This document shows, piece after piece, positions 38,877 through 48,053 of a DNA stretch of 64,000 nucleotides; position 1 is the first letter of the stretch, and each line of letters starts with the position of its first letter. Source of the DNA: a virus; IMG/VR virus record IMGVR_UViG_3300009161_000023, positions 1-64,000 of that record; one strand, given 5' to 3'. Below the pieces are notes generated by a model that saw only the letters and a list, made by a program, of their open reading frames with translations, searched no databases and was not told the DNA's origin. A program made the translations under genes and the position numbers.

Positions 38877-39617
38877 TTAATTATAAATTTGTAAAGATTG
38901 ACGATCACTAATGTAAATGTTTTCTCCTAGCTCTAATTCAAACCAAACATCATAAATTGCTATTTCTAAATCAGTAGTATCAAGCATATAGTAACCATAT
39001 AATTTTTCACGATAATCCATATTTGCTTTTTCAACTACTAATCTTAAATCCTGTTCGCATGGTAAACAATTGCCAGTTCTCTGCTCAATTGAAATTTTTA
39101 AATCACCTCTAATAGCTAAATTTTCGTAATATCTTTGAAGATCGGTTCCTTTTGGAACATTAGGTGTAATCTGAGCGATTAAATACTGTTTAGAGCCTTT
39201 TCTAAAGCGATTAGGTCTAAATTGAAATGTAAAATCATAAACAACTGGAATTGGTGCTGTGTACCAAAGATCTGGATATGTTTGAAAAATATTTGTTATG
39301 CTTGTAGGTTCTTCACATCCTTCAAAAATAACATTCCATACATCTAAGTAATAGCCAATTGTATAAGTTGGTTCAGATGTTTGTAAGTCTAAAAGATACT
39401 TACCTGTACTTTCCCTGACAACATCTTCCCCATCTATTTTTTGAACTAAATAACTTTGGGTTGGGTTTGAAATATCAGAACTTGGAGATTCAACTTTGTA
39501 AATATCAATATAATTTATAGTTTTTATATTTGCAAAGTTGTTTGAGTTGTAAACAAATAATCTTAATTTTATCTTATCGCCAACAACAGGATTTTGATAT
39601 CTTTCTTTAATAGTCAT
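38877..39617 (-). CDS. Probable virion structural protein (beta-rich)
   Basis: Beta-strand pattern, TAAATA promoter immediately upstream, follows the gp26/gp51 pair. Confidence 0.5.
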   Translation of the reverse strand: MTIKERYQNPVVGDKIKLRLFVYNSNNFANIKTINYIDIYKVESPSSDISNPTQSYLVQKIDGEDVVRESTGKYLLDLQTSEPTYTIGYYLDVWNVIFEGCEEPTSITNIFQTYPDLWYTAPIPVVYDFTFQFRPNRFRKGSKQYLIAQITPNVPKGTDLQRYYENLAIRGDLKISIEQRTGNCLPCEQDLRLVVEKANMDYREKLYGYYMLDTTDLEIAIYDVWFELELGENIYISDRQSLQIYN

Positions 39618-39624
39618 ATATTAT

Positions 39625-39843
39625 TTATCGCTTTTTTTTGCTTTGTTTTTTAACTTCTTCGTTTTCTTTTTCTCTTTGATCGATAAATCTATTAATTAAA
39701 AAAACTCTTTCATTAATAGGTAATCTCATAGTTACAAACCTATCCATGTGAAGATGATACTGGAAAAAGAAAATAACTTCAGCTAGGTTATTCCATAAAA
39801 TTAGGCTTGCGTCTGTTCCTTCTTCCGCCTTGGGAAGAAAAAA
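39625..39843 (-). CDS. gp51-like baseplate hub/tail assembly chaperone segment in the -1 frame of gp26 (not in ORF track)
   Basis: ..LPKAEEGTDASLILWNNLAEVIFFFQYHLHMDRFVTMRLPINERVFLINRFIDQREKENEE..*; no in-frame ATG/GTG/TTG before the conserved part. Confidence 0.75.
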   Translation of the reverse strand, partial: FFLPKAEEGTDASLILWNNLAEVIFFFQYHLHMDRFVTMRLPINERVFLINRFIDQREKENEEVKKQSKKKR

Positions 39844-40916
39844 CTTGTATCTAGCGGTAGATCAATATCAAATTCAGCTAAACAGCTTGGACATCCCATT
39901 GGAATCTTAGTATCAAGCCCCCAACCTGGGTCGGTTACAATGCCTCTTAAATAAGAAATATCTTGCATTGAAAGGTTTTTAATAATATAAAGAATTTCAT
40001 TTTTATCTTTTACATTTTCAATACTTTCTACAAGTTGAGAAATTCTGTAAGTTAATGTATCATCTGCTGCTTGATCACCATATTTCTTAACTCTTCTTTC
40101 TCGATGATCTTGAATTTCAAATTCATCTTTTCCTAAAGACATTCTATAAGTAAAACTAAAATTACTTTTTGGTAATTTGCCACAAAGATCAGCAGAAGAA
40201 GAAAGATTTTCTGGAGGATTATCAACTGGAATACTATTCAGATCAATACTAGTTGCAAACTTAGAAGAGCATTCAGGACATTTGATTTCTACATCATAAG
40301 CTGGCCCATAACTAATACCACGAAGATAAATAAGCAAAAATGTACGATCAATAGAAAGCAAGCTTTGCGTTTGTGTTTTTTCTTCAATGCATCTTTGGAA
40401 TATCATATCCAAAGCTTGTCCTTTTTTTATAAATCTTGGAGTTGCTAAGATTTGTTCTTCCTCACCTGTCATCGGTCTAATGTGAAGCTTTCCGTTAGTA
40501 GGCCCATCTTCTCCATTATAAAACTTACCTAATGATGGAAGAGTTATTTCTTCATATAAAGAAGATTGATTTTTTAAAGATTCTAATAAATTAGTTAATT
40601 CTAAGCTAGCATTTCTTGGTACAACAAAATTTGGTTTAACAGGATTAACATTTACTCTTGATTGTGTTGAGTTTTCAAAAGAAGCATTTTCTTCATTTTC
40701 TTCTTGCACTCTTTTCAAAGCTTTGGCTACTGCTGGTGGCATATGACCAGAAACCCCAGGTATGTTCATAACATCACTTGGTTTCAAAGGTGCTTTTTTA
40801 TTTGAATCTTCTTTGCTTGAATTTTGTCTCAATGGATGATTTTCTGGTAATGAGTCAAGATCTGATTGATTTAATCCAATAGGTTGATTTTGCTGTCTTA
40901 ATATTTCATCTGCCAT
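39801..40916 (-). CDS. T4 gp26-like baseplate hub assembly chaperone
   Basis: ITLPSLG, RPMTGEEEQIL, DRTFLLIYLRGISYG, CPEC..CPSC, terminal LPLDTSFFF. Confidence 0.8.
   Translation of the reverse strand: MADEILRQQNQPIGLNQSDLDSLPENHPLRQNSSKEDSNKKAPLKPSDVMNIPGVSGHMPPAVAKALKRVQEENEENASFENSTQSRVNVNPVKPNFVVPRNASLELTNLLESLKNQSSLYEEITLPSLGKFYNGEDGPTNGKLHIRPMTGEEEQILATPRFIKKGQALDMIFQRCIEEKTQTQSLLSIDRTFLLIYLRGISYGPAYDVEIKCPECSSKFATSIDLNSIPVDNPPENLSSSADLCGKLPKSNFSFTYRMSLGKDEFEIQDHRERRVKKYGDQAADDTLTYRISQLVESIENVKDKNEILYIIKNLSMQDISYLRGIVTDPGWGLDTKIPMGCPSCLAEFDIDLPLDTSFFFPRRKKEQTQA
39837..39843 (-). promoter_or_regulatory. Slippery heptamer T TTT TTC, candidate programmed -1 frameshift
   Basis: In the gp26 frame AGT TTT TTC, 12 codons before its stop; a -1 shift enters the gp51-like frame. 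Confidence 0.7.
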
Positions 40917-40988
40917 TTTAAATTTGCTCCTGTCTTTACAAAAATATATAATTATTATAATACCAACTAGTTAAAAATTCAAAAAATT

Positions 40989-41354
40989 ATGATTTTTTTA
41001 AATATAAATAATGTAGAAGAAATAATATTCACCGATAAAAAGGTAAGAGAGCTACTACCTGATTATAAATATTTGTTTGATAGTTTTGACTTATCTAAAG
41101 TTAGCACAGGATTAAAACAATTGGGAGTAAGGTGTTTTAATGATTTTTTAAAAAAAGTTTCTCAAGAACAATTAATACAAGTAGAAAATTATTTTAAAAA
41201 CAAGATTAAAGTTGAATCTTTAAATTTAGATTTAATTAAAAATATAAATGGAAATATTGATGAAGTTGAATTTTATTTACCAGAAGTTTATAATAATATA
41301 GATTTGGCTGTTTACAGAAAAAAGGATGAAGTAAAAATAACATTATGGAAATAA
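40989..41354 (+). CDS. Hypothetical protein
   Basis: 121-aa ORF. Confidence 0.65.
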   Translation: MIFLNINNVEEIIFTDKKVRELLPDYKYLFDSFDLSKVSTGLKQLGVRCFNDFLKKVSQEQLIQVENYFKNKIKVESLNLDLIKNINGNIDEVEFYLPEVYNNIDLAVYRKKDEVKITLWK

Positions 41355-41425
41355 TATACTTTTTATTTGGTTGTTTTGTTTTTGTAGCAATCGTAGAAAA
41401 TCTTTTTCCGAACGAAGAGAAATAA
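41345..41425 (+). CDS. Possible 26-aa single-TM peptide (not in ORF track)
   Basis: MEIIYFLFGCFVFVAIVENLFPNEEK*, overlapping the previous stop. Confidence 0.35.
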   Translation: MEIIYFLFGCFVFVAIVENLFPNEEK

Positions 41426-41453
41426 ACATATAATTTATTAAGGAGACTTTAAG

Positions 41454-41861
41454 ATGAATGATTTAGTTGATTTTTTTGTATTTTTATTTGGATGTGTTGG
41501 TATTACAAGCATAATTGTTGATGGAGAAATATTTAAACCTGTAAAAGATTACATTCATAATAAAGTGCCTGAATTTTTTAATTCACTTTTAAACTGTTAT
41601 CAATGTTCTGGATTTTGGGTCGGCATTATTTTTGCAGCAGCAATAAATTATAATTATTTAGATAATATACCTAATATTGCTTCTTTGATTTTACATGGAG
41701 GTCTAGCAAGTGCTGCAAGTTATTTCTATGCTCTTTATCTTACTTATTTAGAAGCAAACTCCATGGTTCAATTTAATGACTATCCAGCAAGTGAACCAGA
41801 GGAAAATAAACCAGAGGAAAATAAACCAGAGGAAAATACAAATAATGTCGGAGATAATTAG
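41454..41861 (+). CDS. DUF1360-like membrane protein
   Basis: AAGGAG RBS; 3 TM segments with LLNCYQCSGFWVG; (EENKP)3 tail. Confidence 0.65.
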   Translation: MNDLVDFFVFLFGCVGITSIIVDGEIFKPVKDYIHNKVPEFFNSLLNCYQCSGFWVGIIFAAAINYNYLDNIPNIASLILHGGLASAASYFYALYLTYLEANSMVQFNDYPASEPEENKPEENKPEENTNNVGDN

Positions 41862-42225
41862 TTTATTAGATGTTAAAAGAGCCTTGCGTGATAGTAAATT
41901 CAGGGAAACACTACCTGAATCATTGTTATCTGATGTGCAAAAATTTTTAAATAACCCTGGTTGTGCTTGTAATGTTCCAATTTATAGAAAAGTAATGAAG
42001 CTTGGAGGAGAACAGCTAAAAGCTTTTTTCTCAGGCAAGGCATTAGTTACTCCAGAAGAAGAAGCAGAAAAACTAGCTAAAAATAACTGGACTGTTATAA
42101 ATTGTAGTATCGGTGAATTAGAATCTAGGTTAAAAAAACTAAGTCCAGGTAGAAAACAAATAGCTCTCTCTAGATTTGAAGATCAAGTAACGGCAATCAT
42201 AAACGAATTAGATGTTGTTTTCTGA
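41845..42225 (+). CDS. Conserved hypothetical protein
   Basis: Start trimmed to MSEII; NPGCACN motif. Confidence 0.7.
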   Translation: MSEIISLLDVKRALRDSKFRETLPESLLSDVQKFLNNPGCACNVPIYRKVMKLGGEQLKAFFSGKALVTPEEEAEKLAKNNWTVINCSIGELESRLKKLSPGRKQIALSRFEDQVTAIINELDVVF

Positions 42226-43164
42226 TGTAAAATTAGTTTGATTATCTAATATTTTCTTACAGGATTCTATCATTTTAGTAGGGTATTTTTTATACTTCTC
42301 AGGTATTAAAAACCAATCATCGTTAAAGTTTCTTTGTTTGCCAGAAATAATCGCATATTCATAAAATGTTTTGGCGTAATAAAAATTTTTATTCTCATAC
42401 CAATAATCACCACAAAAACACCAAAATTCTGCCATGTGTGGCATTTTTGCCAAGCAGGTAGTTATGTTTTGAATTATTTTATTCTTATTAGTATTTTTAA
42501 ATAATAATATAAGGCAAATATAATATCTTATTAATATTTCATTTTCTTCTTTTATATTTTTGTTAAATAGAAACTTTTCTGCTTCACATAAAAAATTATC
42601 ATATTCTTGGTTAATTAAAAAATTAATAGCTTTGTAATAGTTTATTTGATTATTTAAAGGTTCTTCTTTTTGCCACTCATTTAATATTTTAGAAAAATTT
42701 TTCCTTTTACACGCTGAAGCATTTATAAAAATGTTTTTATTTAATTCAAAACTTTGATCTTCAATAGATTCAAAAATTTTATTAGAAAAAATAAATTTAT
42801 TTTTATTTGATATTCTACTTTCTTTTACGATTGTAGAATCGTAAACGATTGAAACTTTATAATTTTTATTCTCTAAAAAGTCTTTTATGCATTTTGTCGT
42901 TAAAACTTCTCCAACATTTAAATGCAACAAAAGGTTGTCAGGTAAGAAAATTTTATTTTTATTTCTAATACTAGAAAAATCGTTTTCTATTAAATTGTCT
43001 TTAATTATAACTATATTTTCTTCTTTTAATTTTTTTATTGAATCTGTAGTTGTAATAATGTAAATATCATCAACTTCATCTCTTGCTGAATTTATAGTTT
43101 TTAATAAATCTTCTAATTTTTCATCGTGAAATAAAATTACTGCTGTTATTTTCAAATTTAACAT
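42208..43164 (-). CDS. TPR protein derived from a GT2-TPR architecture (degenerate GT domain)
   Basis: DFSSIRN, LHLNVGE in place of L.LDADE, then TPR helices (PHMAEFWCFCGD). Confidence 0.55.
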   Translation of the reverse strand: MLNLKITAVILFHDEKLEDLLKTINSARDEVDDIYIITTTDSIKKLKEENIVIIKDNLIENDFSSIRNKNKIFLPDNLLLHLNVGEVLTTKCIKDFLENKNYKVSIVYDSTIVKESRISNKNKFIFSNKIFESIEDQSFELNKNIFINASACKRKNFSKILNEWQKEEPLNNQINYYKAINFLINQEYDNFLCEAEKFLFNKNIKEENEILIRYYICLILLFKNTNKNKIIQNITTCLAKMPHMAEFWCFCGDYWYENKNFYYAKTFYEYAIISGKQRNFNDDWFLIPEKYKKYPTKMIESCKKILDNQTNFTSENNI

Positions 43165-43303
43165 TTTCTATAATATCTTCAAAAACTTTAGATTGTTTAG
43201 TTAAATTATTTTTATCATAATAATTTTTTATTTCAATTAAATCTTTTAAACTATTTGGATTATTAAAAAAGTTTAAAAAACTATCATAAAATTTATTAAT
43301 CAT
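43121..43303 (-). CDS. Small hypothetical protein
   Basis: 60-aa ORF coupled between neighbours. Confidence 0.5.
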   Translation of the reverse strand: MINKFYDSFLNFFNNPNSLKDLIEIKNYYDKNNLTKQSKVFEDIIENVKFENNSSNFISR

Positions 43304-43817
43304 TATTATAATCTTGATTTTTTTGAATTCTATCTCTTCTTTTAGCTGGTAAATAACTTGCTAAAGTTTTTTGATACATGTCATTTATTTTTCTTTTCAA
43401 TTCTTGATAGTTTCTTGCTGCTCTATAAAGCTGCTTGAAATGATTCAAGATACAGGTTGTCATATAGTTGAAAGCTTTTCCTTTTGAAGGATCAAATTTT
43501 TCTGCTCTTTCAAAACAAATTACTACTCCTTCTTGTACTGAATCATCTTCGTCTATGTGGCTGAATTTTGCGTATTTTACAATGTTCTTAGAAAGAGTGT
43601 AAAAAGCATTTGCTAATTCTATTTGTGCCAAGCTATGCTCTTCTTGCGACTTTGAAGGTTCGTTATTTGGAACTGCAAGTGATTTAAAAACATTATTGGT
43701 TTTTTGCATTTGAATATCTTCATGAAGTATTTCATATTTTAATTTGTTCTTTTTTGTTAACTGAAAGCTAATAATTAACTTCTCAAATGTTTTATTATTT
43801 AAATATTCATTGCTCAT
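43296..43817 (-). CDS. T4 gp55-like late-transcription sigma factor
   Basis: MSNEYLNNK.F, QEGVVIC..KFDPSKGKAFNYMTTCILNHF; start trimmed to ATG at 43817. Confidence 0.85.
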   Translation of the reverse strand: MSNEYLNNKTFEKLIISFQLTKKNKLKYEILHEDIQMQKTNNVFKSLAVPNNEPSKSQEEHSLAQIELANAFYTLSKNIVKYAKFSHIDEDDSVQEGVVICFERAEKFDPSKGKAFNYMTTCILNHFKQLYRAARNYQELKRKINDMYQKTLASYLPAKRRDRIQKNQDYNND

Positions 43818-43881
43818 TCTTTTAAAATAGTTTGTTTTTTTATTTTTATACGATAAAATATTATATAACGAAAGGCTTATT

Positions 43882-44121
43882 GTGATAAAAGATTTTGTGG
43901 AAATATTAGAGAGACAAGAAATATTACAAAAAATAGAAGAAGCAGGATATAAACAAACTATCGACACCTTGCTTCTTAATGAAAGTAAAGTATACACTAA
44001 AAAAGGAAGGTTAAACAAAAGCGGAGCTTGCAGAATATTAAAATGTAAACCTAAAGATTTAGATGATTTACTTAAAAAATTCAGAGAAATTATTAATGCA
44101 AATCAATTTTTGGAAAAATAA
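43882..44121 (+). CDS. Small HTH-like protein divergent from gp55
   Basis: RLNKSGACRILKCKPKDL helix-turn-helix-like pattern. Confidence 0.55.
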   Translation: MIKDFVEILERQEILQKIEEAGYKQTIDTLLLNESKVYTKKGRLNKSGACRILKCKPKDLDDLLKKFREIINANQFLEK

Positions 44122-44646
44122 TTATTTATTATATTCAATATAAGCTCTATCATATTTAAGTGATAGAGTTATATTTACTATGCCTTCTTCTTCCATGCTT
44201 AATTCATCAAAATTAATATCTTCTGGGTATATACCCTCAAAATTCCATGTTTCCATAACACTTCCGCAACCATCATAAAGCTTTAAAATTGCATCTTTTT
44301 TAAAGCTATTTTTTGAATTGTTACCATTACTTATTGGATATTTATAATTTTGGTTTTGAAGTTTTGGATTGTACATAGGTTCTATCCATTTATCCCATAA
44401 AGGATTCATGTTACATTTAGTATCAAATAATATTAATGTAATTGGTTTCCATTCTGGTTTTACTGGATAAGAAATAGTTTCATTTAAATGCTCAAAGCTT
44501 TGTGATTTAAAACTTAAAGTTGGCCTTGATGCTTTTGATGGTGGTAATACATTGATTCCATCGCCAATTATTCCATCAACGAAAAAAAGCCACCTAAATT
44601 TTCTTTTGAAAATTGCACTTGGCAAGTTTCCAAGTCCCATGTCCAT
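44122..44646 (-). CDS. Second gp19-like tail tube / tube-baseplate junction protein
   Basis: FKRKFRW, RPTLSF, EWKPITL, LKLYDGCG..W...YP..I.F.EL, L.YD. Confidence 0.8.
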   Translation of the reverse strand: MDMGLGNLPSAIFKRKFRWLFFVDGIIGDGINVLPPSKASRPTLSFKSQSFEHLNETISYPVKPEWKPITLILFDTKCNMNPLWDKWIEPMYNPKLQNQNYKYPISNGNNSKNSFKKDAILKLYDGCGSVMETWNFEGIYPEDINFDELSMEEEGIVNITLSLKYDRAYIEYNK

Positions 44647-44680
44647 ATTTTCCTCTTTATCTTATATATTATAATTAATT

Positions 44681-44713
44681 AAAAAAACCTACTTTATTTA
44701 ATAAAGTAGGTTT
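44681..44713 (-). terminator. Intrinsic terminator after the major tail tube gene
   Basis: 12-bp stem AAACCTACTTTA/TAAAGTAGGTTT with U-tract on the minus strand. Confidence 0.8.
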
Positions 44714-44771
44714 CAAATTAATTTTATTAACAACTAAAAATTTGATGTTGCTATCATTACTGAAGAATTAC

Positions 44772-45467
44772 TTAACGAGGTTCGACATCTTCGGGAATAC
44801 CAGTATTAGTAATGCTTTCTAATGATCTATTTCCTTGTTTATAAGTTGCATTTAGGGGATTACCATCTCCACCACAACCAGCACAATAAACATAGAAGTC
44901 AGTGGAACATCTTCCATTAGAAGTAAAGTATTCAAAATTTCTATATCTGAATGTGCATTCTATAGTACATTCATCTTCTGTTGCATAGTCAAGTTCTCCA
45001 AAATTTATCGTAGTTGGCCAAGGATTTAAATAAGCGAATCCATCAATTACTTCTCCACAACCATCTAGCATTTTTAAGAGTCCAACTTTAGCAGTATATC
45101 CACCTGCTACATTTTGTGCAGAAGATTGAGTTAGAGTTATTGAGTTTGTAAAATCATATACAGTTGCTAACCAAGTAAATAAACCACTAATAGATTGTGC
45201 TCCAGCTTGGCTTGCAACATCAAAAAATGTTACTTGGGTAGTATCTGGAGTACCCTTACCAGGAATCCACATCTTACCATTAAGATAATTTATTTCTGTT
45301 TCTCCAATTGTTAAGCTAGGTCTATTTGCATTTTTTACAAAACTTGGAGGAATATCAAATTCTCCATCGATACCACACACTCCTTGAAATTCCATAGTCC
45401 ATCTAAATTTTCTTTTAAATACTGTGTCGCCACTTCCTAAAATTCCAAGTCCCATTTCCTGTGCCAT
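44772..45467 (-). CDS. Tail tube protein (T4 gp19-like)
   Basis: FKRKFRW, RPSL.I.E, PGK, WP..I.FGELDY, F.Y; directly after the sheath gene. Confidence 0.88.
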   Translation of the reverse strand: MAQEMGLGILGSGDTVFKRKFRWTMEFQGVCGIDGEFDIPPSFVKNANRPSLTIGETEINYLNGKMWIPGKGTPDTTQVTFFDVASQAGAQSISGLFTWLATVYDFTNSITLTQSSAQNVAGGYTAKVGLLKMLDGCGEVIDGFAYLNPWPTTINFGELDYATEDECTIECTFRYRNFEYFTSNGRCSTDFYVYCAGCGGDGNPLNATYKQGNRSLESITNTGIPEDVEPR

Positions 45468-45499
45468 GATGCCTCCTTATTTAATTTTAAATAAATATT

Positions 45500-47836
45500 T
45501 TATATAGTGCCAGTTCTTTGTAAGGTGAATTCTATAAATATAAATTCAACTGCTTTTGTTGGTACAATACCAATTTTTGCCCTTAATTCATTTCTATCAA
45601 TAACATCTGGTGTGTTAATTGTTTTATCGCATAACACGCTGTATGCTGAAATTCCTCTGCCAAGTGATACAGTGTCTAAAACATCTTTTGCTATTCTAAC
45701 AAAATTAGCTCTTGTATTTTCATCATTTGGCTCAAACAACAAAGATTTTGATCTATTTTTAATTTGTCTTTCAACATAAAACATCATTCTGCGAACATTT
45801 ACTCTGTCAAGAGCAGTAGGTCTGCGTTGTAATGTTTTTTGACCAAAAATATTAAAGCCATTTGTATCAGAAAAAGTTACGATTGGATTGATGGCATTAC
45901 CATTTCCATACATTAAATCTCTTTCTACTAAACTCGGTCTGTTGTATACATCATTGACATTTGTTAATAATCCTCTGTCTAGACCAGCAGGAGCAAACCA
46001 AGGATTAGACATAGAATCACTTCTTGCATATGCAGCAGCTACAGATCCACTTGGAGGCACCCATACATTAATACCATTGTCAACATCGTTAATCATTAGC
46101 CAAGGCCAATAAAGTGCTGCAAAATCAGAATTTAACGGGAAAGTGTTTAAAGGATGAACACCATTTGACCAATCAATAATTTCTCGTACTGTTAATCCAA
46201 ATGGAGGATCGATTAATGCTAGACAATCGCCTCTTTCTGCACACATGTCAATTAATGCTCTAACTACTCTAGTAGAAGAGTGGCCAGGTACAGAAACAAT
46301 ATCAATTGTTAATTGATCTGGTTCACTCAAAGCATAAAGACCAGTAAAAGATACACGATTACCAATCAGCAATGAATCTTGATCATCTGGATCAGGTGGA
46401 ATACCGTCAGTTCCACCTACTAACAATGATCCGTTAGGGCCATTATCAGCTGGTGGAGCAGCAACAGTCGTGTTGTCTATTGCTCTGATGTAATCACTTA
46501 CAAGGTTTAAGTAAGTTTCAATATAGTAACGAGAGCCTTGCATTTTTGAAAGCTGTCCCCAAGATTCAACTTGTACACCTTTGTTGAATACTCTTAAGGT
46601 AAAGTTACCAGTTTCTATATCGTTATCTATTAATACAGAAGTATCATTTCCATCAATACCAGCTGAATCTGCTGTAATGGTTAAGCTTATATCTGTAGTT
46701 GTACTTACTCCGCCAATTATTCCAAGAGTATCAACATTGATATCATCGCTAACACCATTTGGAGAAATTCCTGATTTGGTTTTTCCATTAAAACCAAATA
46801 CAGTAAGTGCAGTTGCGTTTGTTTTGATTAAAATTCTTGCATCTCTACCACTATGAAGAGTTTCAAAGCTAAGTTTGTTTGCGTCAGAAACTGCTTTGAA
46901 TCCACCTGGTAATGATAAAATTTCAGCGTTGATTGCAATTACAATATCTGCAAGATCTTGATTGACTCCTTCAAGAGATGCCAAAGATATTTCTTGAATT
47001 ACACCATCAATATTTGGATTGTCAGTTCCATCAACAACTATTTGCAGTGAAGTACCAATTAATCCTGTAAAATCATAAAAGCCATCGTTTTGATAAGGAT
47101 CAGAAGTAGGATATTTTTGATTACCGCCAGAAGAAGAGGCTGATGTCATGCCAGTTCCTAAGCCTACTTCGCTACTTTGACCGTATAATGAATTAAGAAC
47201 AGAAACTAATTCTATTGAAGAATTTGAGCCATAAGCCCAAACACTTCTTAATCCTAAAGTTGCATCAATACCGTCATCAAATACAAAAAATTCAATTCCA
47301 TCTACATCTGGAATAAGTTGGTCATTTAACAATGATACTAATTCACTTGGTGCATATGTACCAATTGGAACGACTAATATTTTTGATGCAAGAACGCCAT
47401 TGAGCTTCCATCTAAAGAAGCTATCCATTGTTATGCTGTAAGTATCATATGAGCTTATATAATTTGAATGAATTTCTACAGCAGATCCTGATGCAACTAA
47501 GTCTACTTCAGCAGTTGTAGCAGCGTAATCGTTAACAGTATTAGTTTCTGCTACTCTTAGAATGTATGCACTATTAGAAGTTCTTAAGAATTGTGATACT
47601 GCATAATACAAGTATGGATCGCTAGTATCAGGATGAGGATATCCAAAGATTCTATTTAAATCAGATTGTGATCTAACTAAAGTTGGTAAGTTAATTGGGC
47701 CTTTTGAGGCAAAACCTACAAAAGCTCCAGCAGTACCACCTTGAAGAACATCTCCATAAAAACTTAAATCTCTTTCAGCAATTCTTACTGAAGGACTAAT
47801 AGTATTTGAAGGTGGAAAGCCTTTTAATAATGCCAT
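45500..47836 (-). CDS. Tail sheath protein (T4 gp18-like)
   Basis: SPSV...ERD, G..KGP..P, YWPW, PPSG, WFAPAG..RG, INPI, GQKTL, DRVNVRR, FEPND. Confidence 0.96.
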   Translation of the reverse strand: MALLKGFPPSNTISPSVRIAERDLSFYGDVLQGGTAGAFVGFASKGPINLPTLVRSQSDLNRIFGYPHPDTSDPYLYYAVSQFLRTSNSAYILRVAETNTVNDYAATTAEVDLVASGSAVEIHSNYISSYDTYSITMDSFFRWKLNGVLASKILVVPIGTYAPSELVSLLNDQLIPDVDGIEFFVFDDGIDATLGLRSVWAYGSNSSIELVSVLNSLYGQSSEVGLGTGMTSASSSGGNQKYPTSDPYQNDGFYDFTGLIGTSLQIVVDGTDNPNIDGVIQEISLASLEGVNQDLADIVIAINAEILSLPGGFKAVSDANKLSFETLHSGRDARILIKTNATALTVFGFNGKTKSGISPNGVSDDINVDTLGIIGGVSTTTDISLTITADSAGIDGNDTSVLIDNDIETGNFTLRVFNKGVQVESWGQLSKMQGSRYYIETYLNLVSDYIRAIDNTTVAAPPADNGPNGSLLVGGTDGIPPDPDDQDSLLIGNRVSFTGLYALSEPDQLTIDIVSVPGHSSTRVVRALIDMCAERGDCLALIDPPFGLTVREIIDWSNGVHPLNTFPLNSDFAALYWPWLMINDVDNGINVWVPPSGSVAAAYARSDSMSNPWFAPAGLDRGLLTNVNDVYNRPSLVERDLMYGNGNAINPIVTFSDTNGFNIFGQKTLQRRPTALDRVNVRRMMFYVERQIKNRSKSLLFEPNDENTRANFVRIAKDVLDTVSLGRGISAYSVLCDKTINTPDVIDRNELRAKIGIVPTKAVEFIFIEFTLQRTGTI

Positions 47837-47855
47837 GATTTTTCTCCCTTTTTTC

Positions 47856-48053
47856 TTATACGGTTCTTTTGGAAATTAATCCTGCTGCAACAGCACGATC
47901 TATATATTCAGTTTCTCTTTCATCTTGTAAGAAAAAAATATTTTTTTTAGCACCAACGCCAGGTATATTTAAACAAGTAAATGAATTTGGTATCTTTGTT
48001 GACTTTACTAAAATTTGTACAGGGTACTTTTTTTTATTTACCAATTCAATCAT
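47856..48053 (-). CDS. Small hypothetical protein
   Basis: 65 aa between gp15 and gp18; overlapping starts and stops. Confidence 0.6.
   Translation of the reverse strand: MIELVNKKKYPVQILVKSTKIPNSFTCLNIPGVGAKKNIFFLQDERETEYIDRAVAAGLISKRTV

Noticed and set aside
41776-41844. QRKIN repeats at the start of ORF 41776
   Set aside because: Out-of-frame reading of the EENKP repeat in the upstream gene; the real start is likely 41845.
43818-44018. Extended N-terminus of gp55 given by the ORF track
   Set aside because: It overlaps the divergent ORF at 43882; family similarity starts at MSNEYLNN (43817).
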